Shown in pieces: positions 1 to 12,945 of a stretch of 64,000 bases of DNA (position 1 is its first letter; each line of letters begins with the position of its first letter). Below the pieces are notes generated by a model that ran no database searches, was not told the origin of the DNA, and was given only the letters and a program-made list of their open reading frames with translations. The position numbers and the translations under genes are program-made. Source of the DNA: Lama guanicoe (Eukaryota); assembly GCA_013239625.1 (NCBI GenBank), contig MU054187.1:5715757-5779756 (forward strand), in the 5' to 3' direction.

Positions 1-68
1 TATCTCATTATTTTACTATGAGGATCTTATAAAAAATAAATCAAAACCTTATAATAATAAATGTAGTT

Positions 69-523
69 CAGCTCTGTTCACAATAGCCAAGATGTGGGAT
101 TAACCTAAAGGTGAATCGATGGATGAATGGAGAAAGAAAATGTGGCGCATACCTACAATGGAATACTCGTCAGCCTCAGAAAGAAGGAAATCCTGCCATC
201 TGTGACAACATAGATGAACGTTGAGGACAGTATGCTAAGGGAAACAGATGAGATAAGCAAAGAAGGACAAATACTGCATGATTCCATGTACCTGGAGTAG
301 TCAGACTCATAGAAGCACAGAGGAGAATGGTGGGGTCAAGGTCTGGGGGAGGGGAGATGGGGACTTGCTAACCAAATGGGCATAAACTTTCAGTTATTCA
401 AGATGAGGAAGTTCCAGAGATCTGCTGTACAATATTGTGCCCGTAGGTAACGCTGTAGTCTGCACTTTAAAACCTGTTAAGAGGATAAATCTCATGTTAT
501 ATATTCTTAAATAAATAAATAAG
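69..523 (+). mobile_element. L1 (L1MA-like) 3' end fragment
   Basis: Contains TTCACAATAGCCAAGATGTGG...GGATGAATGGAGAAAGAAAATGTGG...ACAATGGAATACT, typical of the L1 ORF2 C-terminus and 3'UTR, and ends in an A-rich tail. Confidence 0.85.
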
Positions 524-631
524 TACCCCTTTTTTATTAAAAGCAGAGAATGTCTTTTAAAATATGTATTATATTAAAACCCATGCCCTTAAACTCCAAA
601 AAACATTTTCTGTGCTTTTCATTGATGCGTG

Positions 632-692
632 TACACACACACGCACATACACACATGTACACACACACACACATATGCAGATGTACACACAC
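632..692. repeat. Imperfect (CA)n microsatellite
   Basis: tacacacacacgcacatacacacatgtacacacacacacac. Confidence 0.8.
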
Positions 693-1873
693 CAATGATT
701 TACCTCTAATAACATTTCAGTATACATCACATCTTCTCAAGTGTTCATGCAGCATGCGCCAAGGGGGATCAATTCCATAATGAGGTGAAACCGATGGGAA
801 ACAGGTTGCTTTTCGGCTTAACTACGTCTCCTTCCGAGCTGACAGGAGATTCAACCTCTAAGTTGTTTTTGACATTTGACATTTGATAACCGACCTGGCT
901 ATACGATGTCAGTTTTGAAAGCTCTTATCGGTAACAGGTGCTCTCCCTACTCTTTCGATAGCATTTTACAGCTTATTTGGAGGGTAAATGTAGGGCCGAT
1001 TTTCCTATCTTTCCCCTTCCTGAGCTAAAGAACACTGCACTAAAATTCCCCTAAAATATTCCCCTCTATTCTCTTCTCCTGTGTCTCTTCCTCGTCTCCC
1101 TGCAAGGATTTATTTTTTTTTAATCTAATAACCAAAATGGCTGCTTGCCCAAAACTGAAGAACTGTCATGGGGGTAGCCTGGCTATTTTCTCTATTAACC
1201 ATGCAGTCGAGGACTAAATCTGACAGATTTCTCAGAAATAGCTTTGCTTGTCAGTATCACAGTAATGATTCAAGAACAGTTAGGCTAAACGCCTCAGACT
1301 TTTCTAAACACACAGCTGATACCATGTTCTTTTCCATTTTATGAGCGGCTGTTGACATTGAGATTTTCCACATCCTCAGAGCCGCTCTGCTACCTCTGTT
1401 GGAAGGACTGGCTATTTCAGTCAATGCGAGTTGCTCCGACAAAAAATGTGCCTAGAACATCCCCTGGTGGTGACAGCAGGAATCAGCAGTTTCAACACAA
1501 CTAAAGGTTCATTGTCCGGCCCCTCTCTGCACAGCCAACACGTCCCAGGACATACACTTAATAATAGAGAATTCTGATGCTTGCAAGACATTTCAACTCC
1601 GCAGCCACTGATGTTAGTCACTCTGCTGTCGAAGTTCTCGACACGCGGGAGCATCATCACATCACGGGACTTCTCCACTTTTTTCTGTTCCAGGCGTAAA
1701 TCTGAACGTAAAGAGCAAAGACACCTGACAGGTCTGTTTTTTGAAAGGCAAGATCTCGTATGATACTTTCTTTTGTAAATTTCCACAAAGGTAAATAAAA
1801 TATTATTCCATAAAGATAAGTATTAAAAATTATTACACAGGAAAAAAAAAGTTAAAATCATGGAAACAGAAGA

Positions 1874-2072
1874 GGGGAGGGTGTGTTCAGCGGTAGAGCG
1901 CATGCTTAGCATGCACGAGGTTCTGGGTTCAATCCCCACTCCCTCCTTTAAAAAAAAAAAAGCAAATAAACAAACCTAATTACCTCCTCCCTAAAAAATA
2001 AAAAATAAATAAATAAATAAAAATAAATAAATAAAAATTAAACATTTTTTATAAATAAATAAATAAATAAAT
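1874..2072 (+). mobile_element. tRNA-Ala-derived camelid SINE (Vic-1-like) inserted into an old L1
   Basis: Head GGGGAGGGTGTGTTCAGCGGTAGAGCGCATGCTTAGCATGCACGAGGTTCTGGGTTCAATCCCC has Pol III A/B boxes, followed by AAACCTAATTACCTCC and a (TAAA)n tail. A degenerate TSD aaatcatggaaacaga / aactcatggaaagaga flanks it. Confidence 0.85.
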
Positions 2073-2344
2073 AAACTCATGGAAAGAGAGAATAGATTGG
2101 TAGTTGCCAAGGCATGAGGGGATGGGAGAAATGAGGACATACTGGTCAAAGGGTACGAATTTTGAGTTATAAGAGCAATACGTTCTGGTAATCTAATGTA
2201 CAGAACGGCAGCTGTGGTTAATAATGCTACATTGTCTGCTTGAAATCTGTTGAACAAGTCATCTACCTGAAGTGAAGCATTCTCACCACACACACACGCA
2301 CACACAACATGGTAACTGTGATTAACTTCATTCTGGTAATCATT

Positions 2345-2384
<40 letters not shown>

Positions 2385-2470
2385 AAATTGTTGGTACCTT
2401 GGATATTTAGTTGTACATTTTATATACAAACCATTTTATTTGTCAGTTATACCTCAATGAAGCTGGAAAA
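2073..2470 (+). mobile_element. L1 (L1MA-like) 3'UTR fragment containing (TA)n at ~2349-2381
   Basis: AAACTCATGGAAAGAGAGAATAGATTGGTAGTTGCC...GGTCAAAGGGTAC...TTTGTCAGTTATACCTCAATGAAGCTGGAAAA is the typical L1MA 3' terminus. Confidence 0.75.
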
Positions 2471-4868
2471 TATACATTTCTATAAATAAAAATGAAAAGT
2501 TACTCGATAAATGAAATGCATGGCTTAGATTCCTCAGTCATGAAAATCAAAGTGCAAGCTGTCCAGTTACAACAGCTTGAGACGCGGAAACCACTGAGGG
2601 ACGTCTCCTCACCTGATGGCTGTGGTCTTCAGGGCTTCAAAACTGCAAACCCCACAGACACTGTTTTGTTTTGTTTTGGTTTTTCTCTGCAGTGAATTAT
2701 AGAAATTGGTAAACAATGACAGTCTTTCTGGGAAACAAGGGCTAAGGTGTCAATTATGAATTAACTAAGCTTATTGGCCATCAAAACCTGTGAATTAGGT
2801 GAGAATCAGCATTCATTTAAGCCAGTGGTGAGAGCTACTGAGAGCATCCTGCCTCCTGATCCAGGCACGTGATCTTTGTATTTCGTGACACATCACAGAA
2901 TGGATTAAAACTAATGAGGCTGGCTCGTGCGGCTAACTTCTTTAATGATTTTGATTAATGTACAGTTTAAGAATGTGGCACGTGACTCTCTGTTGAATGT
3001 CAGGGGACTGACGTTTCATAGCTCACCTGGCTCCCAGAGAGGTCGTCATCCACGGGGATTACTTTGTAAATGTCTCTTTGTAAATTCTTTAGGATGTAAA
3101 CAGGTACGTGTGAACATGTTTGCCTGATTCACGGGCTAGAACATTAAACCTAAGGAATCATAGGCTGAAAATAAGGATACCACAGTAGCAAAGACGGGAG
3201 GGTCCCCTGCCCCATTTGGAACAAAACAGACACCCAGCAGCACTTTCCAGACAGCAACATGCTCCCTAACACTTACCCTTTTCACTGAGTGAGGATTCTT
3301 CAGTTTTGAGCAACAACAGCCAAACCAAACTCTGGCTGGATGAAGCAAAAGGTGATTTATCAGGAAACTCTAGGAAAGCTCCCAAGACTGGAGGGCAGAC
3401 TGAAGAACCCAGCTTAGAAAAGTGAAAAAAAGGCAGCTCCATGGTTTCCATGGTTTCACCTTGGCCAGCACAGGGTGGTGATAACAGGACTGGAGGAAGG
3501 ACATACAGACACCCCTCCAGCATCCCTCACAACAGGGCAGGCACCTGACTTTACCACCCCACCCAGACTAGCCACAGCGGAGCAGAACCATCTCTCCAAA
3601 AAGAAGTCCCGCAGAGAGGGGGTGACGCATGCTGGGTGAGCAGAAAAGACAGCAACTGCCCAGCACACGAGCCGTGGTCACTGGCCCCAGCCTGTGCCTT
3701 TCCCCCTTGAGTCTGGATCACGTGAGCTAGTAACTTAAATCTTTTTGTATACACTTCAAAGGTTTGCCTTTTAAATTGTAGATTTTAATTTTTTATTTTC
3801 TTTTTAATCGTAATATGGCAAAAATCTTCTAAGAAAGGGGTGAATAAAATTTTCAACCAAGGCTTGCTTCACAGTTCAGGGTGTCAGGCAGAAGTGGGTG
3901 GGACAGAGATGGCCTCTCTCGATTGACAAAGACTACAGTCAAGTCTACGGCCCCTGCTGACCACGCTCTGGCTGAATCACTAGCATAGTGCAAATCTAAG
4001 TAAGGCGTTGAATCTAGAGAGCGGTAAAGCCGAGGGTCTCAGCCAAGAAAGATGGGGTTCTCAGAAAGACTCCTCGTCTACCAGAAAGCCAGAGTCTACA
4101 CCAGAGCAAAGTCTAGGGACTGAGCAAGCACAGGGAGCCAGGGAGGAAGGATGCACCTCACGTACCAGATGCTGAGACCAAAGGCAGGACACCCCGAAAA
4201 GACAGAGCACCCCTGTAGGGAGGACTCGGCTTGAACACACTTCCTAGCATGACCTGCCGTGGTTGAACAGGACTGCACGGGGCGGCGCTCGTGGAAAGCA
4301 ATTCCCTAATGCGGCTGGCTGACAAGTATTAAGTTTACGAAGCAGTAATCCCCTCTGTGATACTACTCCCAGGAGGCGGGCGACCTATCAAAGGGCGATC
4401 TTGTCCCTTCCTAGATAGGTGTGTGGCCTGGATCGAGGACGTCAGAGAAAACACAACCACGCTTCTCTTCAGTCCTGCTCCCCGCCCCTGCCTCTGCTCT
4501 GTCCCCAGACCCAAGGGACAGGAAAAGCATTCTGAGTTTGCTGAGGGGATGCAGGGAAGATCTCAGAGTTTTCTAGCAAGTAAGAGACGGAAGACTGAAA
4601 TCAACACCTACGCATCTGTTATCACAAGGTTGGGACGAATTGCGCGTCTTCAATACGTTTTCTGTGTTACTTTTATTATTATTACCTAAATAATCATGAA
4701 TACATTTGTAAGAGTCAGTATATATTTAATCAAAACGTTGGTTCCCCTGTGCCCAAGGAACATGACGACGGGAGCCGGGAAATGTCCCTCGAGGCTGGGA
4801 AGAAGCTGTTACGTACGTGTAAAGCAAAATGACGGCAGAGGTTTGCCCTGGAAAAAGCGAGGGAGATG

Positions 4869-4916
4869 TTAGGGGATGATCGGGAAAACTGATTAGGGGA
4901 TGATCGGGAAAACTGA
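4869..4916. repeat. Perfect 24-bp tandem duplication
   Basis: (TTAGGGGATGATCGGGAAAACTGA)x2. Confidence 0.95.
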
Positions 4917-5949
4917 GTGCATCGCTCTCAGTGGGCAGAAACTATGTCCATGGTTTGCAGTATCATTTATCATGATTTGCCATTGGACCTGGTAACAATA
5001 CAAATGTTCAGCCAACTCTTTATCTCAGTCTCATTAGCTGACTGTTTTCCTAATTCAGATCATCAAATACTCCTGTGCCCCCAGTCAAATAGGTGTTATC
5101 AGGAGGTGGAGATGACCCACATGCTCCTGCCCTCAGGGAGGTTACACCTAGTACTGCAGAGACACTGGGTAGCCACGAGGCGGAGTGCGACACTGTCAAT
5201 TGCCCCACAGGGTTAAAGGAGCAAAGAGAAGACAAGCTACACGGAAAATGAGAGCCTCGGAAACACAAAACTGCCTGTCACAGACATTTATCTGGCAGGA
5301 AGTCCTTTCTAATTGAGAACTTCGTGCATTCACTCTTATTCTCCCACACATATTTATAAATAAAACAGCGCCCTTCCTACCAGTGGACCTTGACTTTAGT
5401 TTGCATACGGATACCCAAAGAGATGGCAAGCATGCAGATGCCTGTCCAATTCCTCAGCATATGATTCAGCAGGTCTGCATCTTAATGTGCGCTCAAGGTG
5501 ATTTTGATACAGATCCTTGGCCCCTACTTTAAGAAATATCCTTTAGACATTGATACTTTACTCAACGTCTTTCAAAGGTTTTACTCCTTCAGCGTTGCAG
5601 AAGTGAAAAACAAGTGTTTGGTAAAGTTTTGTAAGATAATTTATAAAGACGCTGCCCTTCCCTCCAGATGACGCCCATGAACTAAGACGCACTGACATAA
5701 CCCTGCTGACACTGCCTACTCTGGACTTGAGGTTAAAATGTGGCTGCATTTCATCAGCACTACTGAAGAGTTCTCAGACTGGTTAATCAACAGGAGAGCA
5801 GAATTCACACACCATAAGGTCTACGTATCATTTGCCCGCAAACCAGTATTTGGAAAAAAGTAGACATATTTGACATGACAGGATTCTGTAGAGCCAGAGA
5901 TAGACGTTTTTCACTCCTTTGCGTTGCAGACTTTATGTGACGCCTTACC

Positions 5950-6015
5950 ATTATCTCCGAAAAATGTTATCAGGTTTATATGACATTGATTTGTTCTTAA
6001 TAAACCCATGCTGCC
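5950..6015 (-). mobile_element. Ancient CR1/L3 LINE reverse-transcriptase fragment
   Basis: Minus strand reads QHGFIKNKS, then after a 1-nt frameshift CHINLITFF, matching the CR1-clade RT motif QHGFxKxxSCxTNLIxF. Confidence 0.6.
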
Positions 6016-6699
6016 AATGTCTTAATTCATTTGACTGTAGAATTCTGAATAGACTATAAAAACAAATTTCTAGAGTTAATGACCTAAAAAATTGCCATTA
6101 ATTGAAGTACAAGCATTTATTTCAATTAAAGTATGTCACAATATTTAGTTTACATCTCAGAGCTACCACCGTAAATCTAATCAAAGGCATAATTTATACC
6201 AAAGAGCAATTTGAATAATTTAATACACTGTACTTAATGTTGGTCATTAGACATAATTGCAAATTTATATTATTATAAATGCAAAATGCACTGTACTATT
6301 CTTTATTCTGTTTATTTCCTGTCATGTTGATTACTATTAAAAAACAAACACAGGAAACCATTCCTTTTAACCAAATAGCCTCAGAGAAAGTTTAACCAGG
6401 GTAATCTCTTGGGCAAAATCTATCTTTCATAAATAAACTCATAAAAACAACAGACTTTATAAATATTTAACATGCAGTTACTCGAGATAATTCAATAAAC
6501 TCAATTACCCATATTCTGATTTCGTTTTTTGTGCCAATTAGCTCTTATTAAAGCAATATAGAAATATTTCAATTTCTAAAGAAAAAAATAAAAAGCAAAT
6601 GTATGATTGCAAGTCTGTGATTCACCTAGGACTTCCTACTTCACACATCCCCTTCCCCGGGAGGTTAGGGTCAACATCATTAGGGGTAAATCAGGAAGA

Positions 6700-7210
6700 G
6701 AGCATGGACCCTTGTATAATATGGCGAGACAACACTTCCCCTCTCTCATCTTCTTCTGCAAACCACAATCCCAAGCAAACTATGAAAAAAACATCAGACC
6801 AACAAAATTCAATTTTGTAAAATTGAAGGACAAAATACGTGACCAGTACTCAAAACTGTCAAGGTCATTAAAAAAAAAAAAAGGAAAGTCTGAGAACACA
6901 TTACAATGCAGAGGAGGCTAAGGGGACATGACAACTAATGGAACCTGGTGTCCTGAACAGAATCATGGGGCAGAAAAACAGCACTGGGGGAAATTAACAA
7001 AGTGTGAGTTAAGGATAGACTTTAGCCACTAAAAAAGGTATCAGTATTGGTTCCTCAGTTGTGACAAATGAACTATCGTAATTAGAAGCATTAACAATAA
7101 GGGAAACTGGGTGAGGGGTGTACAGGAACATTCTGTTTGACCTTTGCAACTTTTCTGTAAATTGGACACTAACTGAAAATGAAAAGATTAGTTAAAGTTG
7201 AAAAAAAAAA
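6700..7210 (+). mobile_element. L1 (L1MC/ME-like) 3'UTR fragment
   Basis: CAAAACTGTCAAGGTCATTAAAAAA...GGAAAGTCTGAGAA...GGGGACATGACAACTAATG...GGGAAACTGGGTGAGGGGT...CTTTGCAACTTTTCTGTAAAT followed by an A tail. Confidence 0.7.
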
Positions 7211-9529
7211 AGTACTATTTAAGGACAATGGCAGAAAACACATGTAACAAAATAACACACACATGATTAGTATCCAGATTATGGCTCACAAATTGATTAG
7301 GAAAAAAGACCAAAAAGTAGAAAAATAAGGAATGCATCAGGTGTTCCCCTACAAATACCCAATAAACAGGAAATTACGTTAAATGTAAGTAGTGATCAAG
7401 GAAACACACATTAAAATGACCACTTTTTATTCATTATGTTGACAAATGTAAATTGACTAAATCCAGGTCAAAGTTAGAGAAACTGCAATGCCATGGACTG
7501 CTGGCAGAGCTGTGAATTATTACAGCCTCTTTGGGAAAAAAATCGACAATTTATTTAAAAATTATAAATGCTCATACCCTTCAACTCAGAAATTCCAAAT
7601 GTCATTATTTATCCTAGACACACCGGGACCAGAAAAACCAGTGCAGAGACATCTGTCACTGCAGTGTTTGTAGTGGTAAAAACTTTAAACTTGGACATAG
7701 TCATAAACTACGCACAGTTGTTAAATAGGTTACACAATGTATGTATATTTGTGCTCCATATATAATACATGATATCTTACAGCATAAAAAATGACGGAGA
7801 CCTGTGCAAGTCTCCGTCATGGACAGACTGCCAAGATTTTGCTGAGGGGAAAAAAATAACCAAGCTAAGAAGAGTAAACTGATTATGACACATTAAAAAA
7901 TAAATAGAAAAAATGCTAACAAAATTAGACATTTTTGAGAAGGCTAATGAAAAAGTGATATGGTTATCTCTGCTTCCCCCCACCCCCCAAAAAAGGCTAA
8001 AAAAACCCACTGAAGTGAGAAATTACTATTCTATTCAACAAATAAGAAAACACAAATCAAAGAAAAGTGAAATTACTTTGTTCCCAGAGTAGACCAAAAT
8101 ACAGACGTTTCTTATATGTGTAGGAAAGAAAACGTCATTTGTGCATCTGATTTCATTTTTGTTTCGCGTTGTTTTGTTTCAGTACAGAGTCTATGAGGAG
8201 AGCGAAGTATGATGAAGAAAAGAGATATGGGCAGAAAGGAAGGCAACAGACTCAAATGATGTTAATTCCCACATGTGCGCATATTTTTCTCCTGTATCTA
8301 AAGTCTGGGCATGATTCTGTCCTCTGCAGAAAAGGGAAAATTTATCTGGTGACCCAGTTATAAATAGACCAACATTTTATTCTTGTGTTACAAAAGAAAT
8401 AAATTTTAAGTAAACCTGTACTCGTATGACTTGTTTGAATAATGTGTTTCTAATCCTGGAAGCATTTGGAAAAACAGTATAATGCAAAGCCTCGTTTTTC
8501 CCAAAGGAACAGTGTTATAATCAGAGGGATGACTGTAAGACACTTAGGTTTAGATGTACTAAAGCTGAAGAAAGAGTTAAAATAAAAGAATAGTCTGGTA
8601 AGAAGTGTGAGCAAGAAAAGGAATTTTTATGACTTGCTGCAATTTGGTTTTATCTTTTTGTTGGAATGAATATTGAATTCAAGAAGGCACAATTACTGGC
8701 AGCTCCTAGAAAAGAATGAGTCCCATGCTTAATAATTAATAAGCTTAAATTATATCAAAGTTACTTTTAAAACATATTTCTTTTGTCTACAGCATTCTGT
8801 AATATCAGGCAGGTAGCTGTTGGATATAGTCTTCGGGGTGCCGTATCATTATGATTAAAATCTCATAGATTCTGTAAGAAGCCATCAATATAATCAGGAC
8901 AAATTACAGTGCAATATTTGTATGACTGTTCCTGTGCAAAGGCATTGTTACTATCCCACTATTTGAACTCATATCTTTTAAAGTAGTAGGAACAAAAAGA
9001 AATCATGTATAGAAATTAATTTTTTTTTAAAAACAGGATTTTTAAATTCAGCCAATATAAATACATGTTTTAATCAATAAAAACTCTAAAAGCCATGTGG
9101 CTCAGAATGTTATATCTGGAATAATTTATTTTACTGTTCATAGTACACAACAGGAAGCTTAAAAGGGAAACCAGAACATTAGTCAAAAACAGTTCTAATA
9201 AAATATTCAAAAATCAGGACTCTAAATGCCTGGTCCAGAGTTAGGTATTAGGTCAGGTTAGCATCCCCAGATGAAGGCATTTAATGATAAGAATAAATAG
9301 ATTAAGGTAAGTACACACATATATTTCTCAACAATATAATGGAATCTTGTTAATTTGTAGGTCACTAGTCAACTTAGACAGATATGACAAAATTTTATAA
9401 TTTATAGAGACTCTAAAGATATTCAAGAGAAGTTTGTATCACCTGGGACCCCAAATTACAATTTCAGGTATTCAACAAGGTCTAAGATAACTAAATACTT
9501 GAAAAAATAAGATCCTATGAACTTGAATC

Positions 9530-10200
9530 AGCAGAAACAACAGAAAACTGAAATAGACCCACAGGAACTCCTTGGCAGTGGAATTATCAGACAACAGAGT
9601 ATGAAACTATTATTATTATAAGCCAAGCTTAAAATTATCAGCAGCAAAATGGAAACTATCACACAGTGATACAGATGATTTGGAGAAAAACCAAGTACAC
9701 AGTTTAAAGCTGAAAATACAATACTGGAATTAAGACTCAGTGGAAGAGTTTATCAGATTACACCCAGCTGAAGAGTTAGTGACACAGAAAATAGGTTTGA
9801 AGAAATCAGCTGAATGAAACATGGAGTAACAAAAGACTAAAAATATTTTTTAAGTGTAGGAAACATAACACATATCACAAGAAGAAGGTCTACCATATGC
9901 CTAATTGGAGACCCAGAAGGAAGGAATGAAAAGAAAGACACATAAGCAATATTTGAAGAAATAATAACTAAAAACTTTCCAGAAATGATGAATTTCCAGA
10001 AATGAAACTGTCCACATATTTGTGAAACCGAACAAATACCAACTAGGAAAATATAAAAGAAAAGCACTAAGTTAATTATCATAGTGAAACTGAAAAAACA
10101 TATATATATATATATATATGTATATATTTATGTATAATTTTAAAAGAAGCCAGTGAGAAAAAGATAGACTTTTTTAATGACACATACAAAGAAACAAAGA
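9530..10200 (+). mobile_element. Old L1 ORF1-region remnant
   Basis: Strongly A-rich, with GAAAATACAATACTGGAATTAAG...CTAATTGGAGACCCAGAAGGA...AATATTTGAAGAAATAATAACTAAAAACTTTCCAGA, characteristic of L1 ORF1. Confidence 0.7.
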
Positions 10201-10257
10201 ATTACTCTCAGCATTTTGGGGTGTGAAAAAGTATTTCGCCTCCATTTTTGTCTCTCT

Positions 10258-10605
10258 CTTCTTTAATTATTGAAGTATAGGCAGCTTATAATGTTGCATT
10301 AATTTCTGGTGTACAGCATAATGTTTCAGTCATACATATACATACATGTATCTGTCTTTATGTTCTTTTTCATTTTAGGTGACTACAAGATACTGAATAT
10401 AGTTCCCTGTGCTCTACAGTAGAAACTTGTTTATCTATTTTATATATAGTAGTTGTTATCTGCAAATGTCAATCCCCCAATTTCCCTTCCCACTCCCCTC
10501 CCCCCCAGTAACCATAAGTTTGTGTTCTCTGTCGGTGAGTCTGTTTCTGTTTCGTAAATAAGTTCATTTGTGTCCCTTTTTTAGATTCCACATATGAGGG
10601 ATATC
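10258..10605 (-). mobile_element. Younger L1 3' end (cetartiodactyl/camelid type)
   Basis: ATTGAAGTATAG...TTTCTGGTGTACAGCATAATGTTTCAGTCATACATATAC...TAGTTCCCTGTGCT...TTAGATTCCACATATGAG is the reverse complement of the element at 37623-38112. Confidence 0.85.
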
Positions 10606-12744
10606 CTTCCAAACCATTACACTGTCTACACTGAGTGCCCCGTTCATGGCAACACTGCAATGACATTGAGCCCTTACCCCGGAAGTGAAGTATTGATTTG
10701 CTGGGACCACTGCTTCACTGTCTGAGCTATGGTCCTCAAAACTGCACAGTGGAGAGAGCACTGAACTTGCAGCAGCTGACATGTGTTCAAATACCAACTT
10801 GCCACTGGTAAGAAGTGTAGCCTCCATCCAAGCTTCTGTTTCCTCTTCACAAACCATATATAAACAGAGCAGTAAAATTTAAAAGTTCATGTGTGAAAAT
10901 ACAATATCTTACCTATGTGTGTCTGAGTGTTTTTAATCCAGTCTAAATCTAGGAAAAAAGTGTTAGCACCCAAGGTTTTCCTCCTCCTCCTCACCCTGTC
11001 ATTTAACTTTATTATGTCCTTTTTGCTCTTTCAAATATTTGCTTAAATACCTGGCTCCCATTATGAAATATTCCGTGATGAGGCCTGACATACAAAGGGA
11101 TGGATATGAATTGCACTGGGTTGGCTGCCTGCTACCCTCATTTAGGGAGTACCAAGAGACTCTTCCCTGCGATGATCTGGGTGATCAAGGGTTAAGGATT
11201 AGCAATTTCTGTTTCAAAAATGACAATACATTACTTGTCACTTCCTGAATCTGAGTCATTCATATCAGCCTGATAGCTGGCATTATAAAGAATAGATCTT
11301 TCTCTGTGATTTTTTCCCATCAGATTTATTTTTGCTATTTCTGAAGCAAGTGTCACAGGAAAGCAATATATATGTACATTCTCTGAGCCGCTACACCGAG
11401 TAAAGCATTAATAGGATGGGATGCTGGCTTATAAGTGGAGCTATGAGGAGGGGCAGGAGACGTGTGGAAGGCAGGGGGAATCGAGGGGAAAGATGGTGAA
11501 AGGGATTTGGGACACTTTGCAAATCAAAACGCTACTGTCAATGCTGGAAACGGGAAGAGAATTTTAGCATCAATGTAACTGTACCACCAGAGGATCTCTA
11601 AGGTTTTAAACACTGTATCATAATCTTTCCCAGTACCAAATGTTTAAATGGTACATGTTAGAAAAGTTCTGAAGCAGAAACAAAGATGGATACTTATGAG
11701 ATCTTTGAATGGAAGCAACCTAAATGACCACTAAGTAGGGAAAGAATAAATAAAATAAAGCCATAAAATAGGGTACTCTACATCAAGAGACAATAAAAAC
11801 ATAATATTGGGTGAGAAAAGCAAGATTAAAAAGATACTTACAATAAGTGAATGAATTAAAACATGCAAAGCAACATTATGTAGTCAATACGTATACATTT
11901 AGATGAACTAGAAAGCTGCACACTAATTACACTGATTGACTCTGAAAAATGGGTAGGTGAGACTAGTAATGATGCTTAAAGGGGGCTTTGGCTTCGTGCT
12001 ATGTTTTGCATCTTTGACAAACAGGCTGAGCAAATGTGATAGGTCTTCTTGATGGTTAATTCTTGGTGGCGAGAAAAAAGGTATTCTTAATTTTATTTTA
12101 ACTGTCTCTAAATTTTATAATTACAAAAGGAAAGTAAAAAAAGATCCTCAAAGCCTGAAAATTTAGCAATGATTTCAGTAGTTTGGCATGGTGATGGAGA
12201 GAGGATACTGGGATCACACATGGATGAGGGCTGAGGGAGTGTGACTGTATGTGAAATTGGTAGCATGAGTTCAGTCGAGTCTTCCGAGGACTTAGAAATG
12301 GATTAAGCACCTGTTTGCCAAGTGCTAAGTGGCAGAGACGGGACTCCCATTAATCCGTCTGACTCCAGAGCCTTCTCTCCTTCCGCGAGACGCCCCTCAT
12401 TGCTCTCTGCACATTGACCGCGTTTTGTTCACAGCGCTAGAATGAATAAAAGGCAGGGGAAGCCCAACTCAACACAAGCCCCAAAGTGAAGATTTAAACT
12501 TCAGATAAATCCGCTGATGTGTAACACTGGGCGAGGGCTCTTTTTCATTATTCCAAACGAGATCCCTCCTGGAAGCGTGAGGCTGAGCAAACACTCCTGA
12601 TACGTCTGACGGGGCAGTCTGGCAGGGGGGTGGGAACTGCCGAACGGGCAAAATTCATAGCTGTCTTACTGCGTCTGCCTCCTCTGTGGTGCCTCATTCA
12701 CGGACCCTGAGATCATCTGCAAATCCATCTTCCCATTTTGCCAA

Positions 12745-12945
12745 AATTTGTTGAAGTGTAGTTGATTTACAGTGTGTGAGTTTCAGGTGTACAGCATAGT
12801 GATTCAGTTATGCACACACATATATATTCTTTTTCATACTCTTTTTCATGATAGGTTATTACAAGCTACCCAATAGAGTTCCCCGTGCTCTACGGTAGGA
12901 CCTTGTTGTTTATTTTGTGGATAGTAGTTTGTATCTGCTAATCCC
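12745..12945 (-). mobile_element. Short L1 3' end
   Basis: TTGAAGTGTAGTTGATTTACAGTG...TTTCAGGTGTACAGCATAGTGATTCAG...GTTCCCCGTGCTCTACGGTAGGACCTTGTTGTTTAT matches the tail of the 61037-62028 element. Confidence 0.85.

Noticed and set aside
1874..1950. tRNA-Ala-like sequences here and at 15104 and 36429 as possible tRNA genes
   Set aside because: The stems are degenerate and each is followed by a SINE body and A-rich tail, with TSDs in two cases. They are SINEs rather than tRNA genes.
4869..4916. TTAGGG-starting 24-bp repeat as an interstitial telomere or CRISPR-like array
   Set aside because: There are only two adjacent units, no spacers and no (TTAGGG)n run, and the context is eukaryotic.
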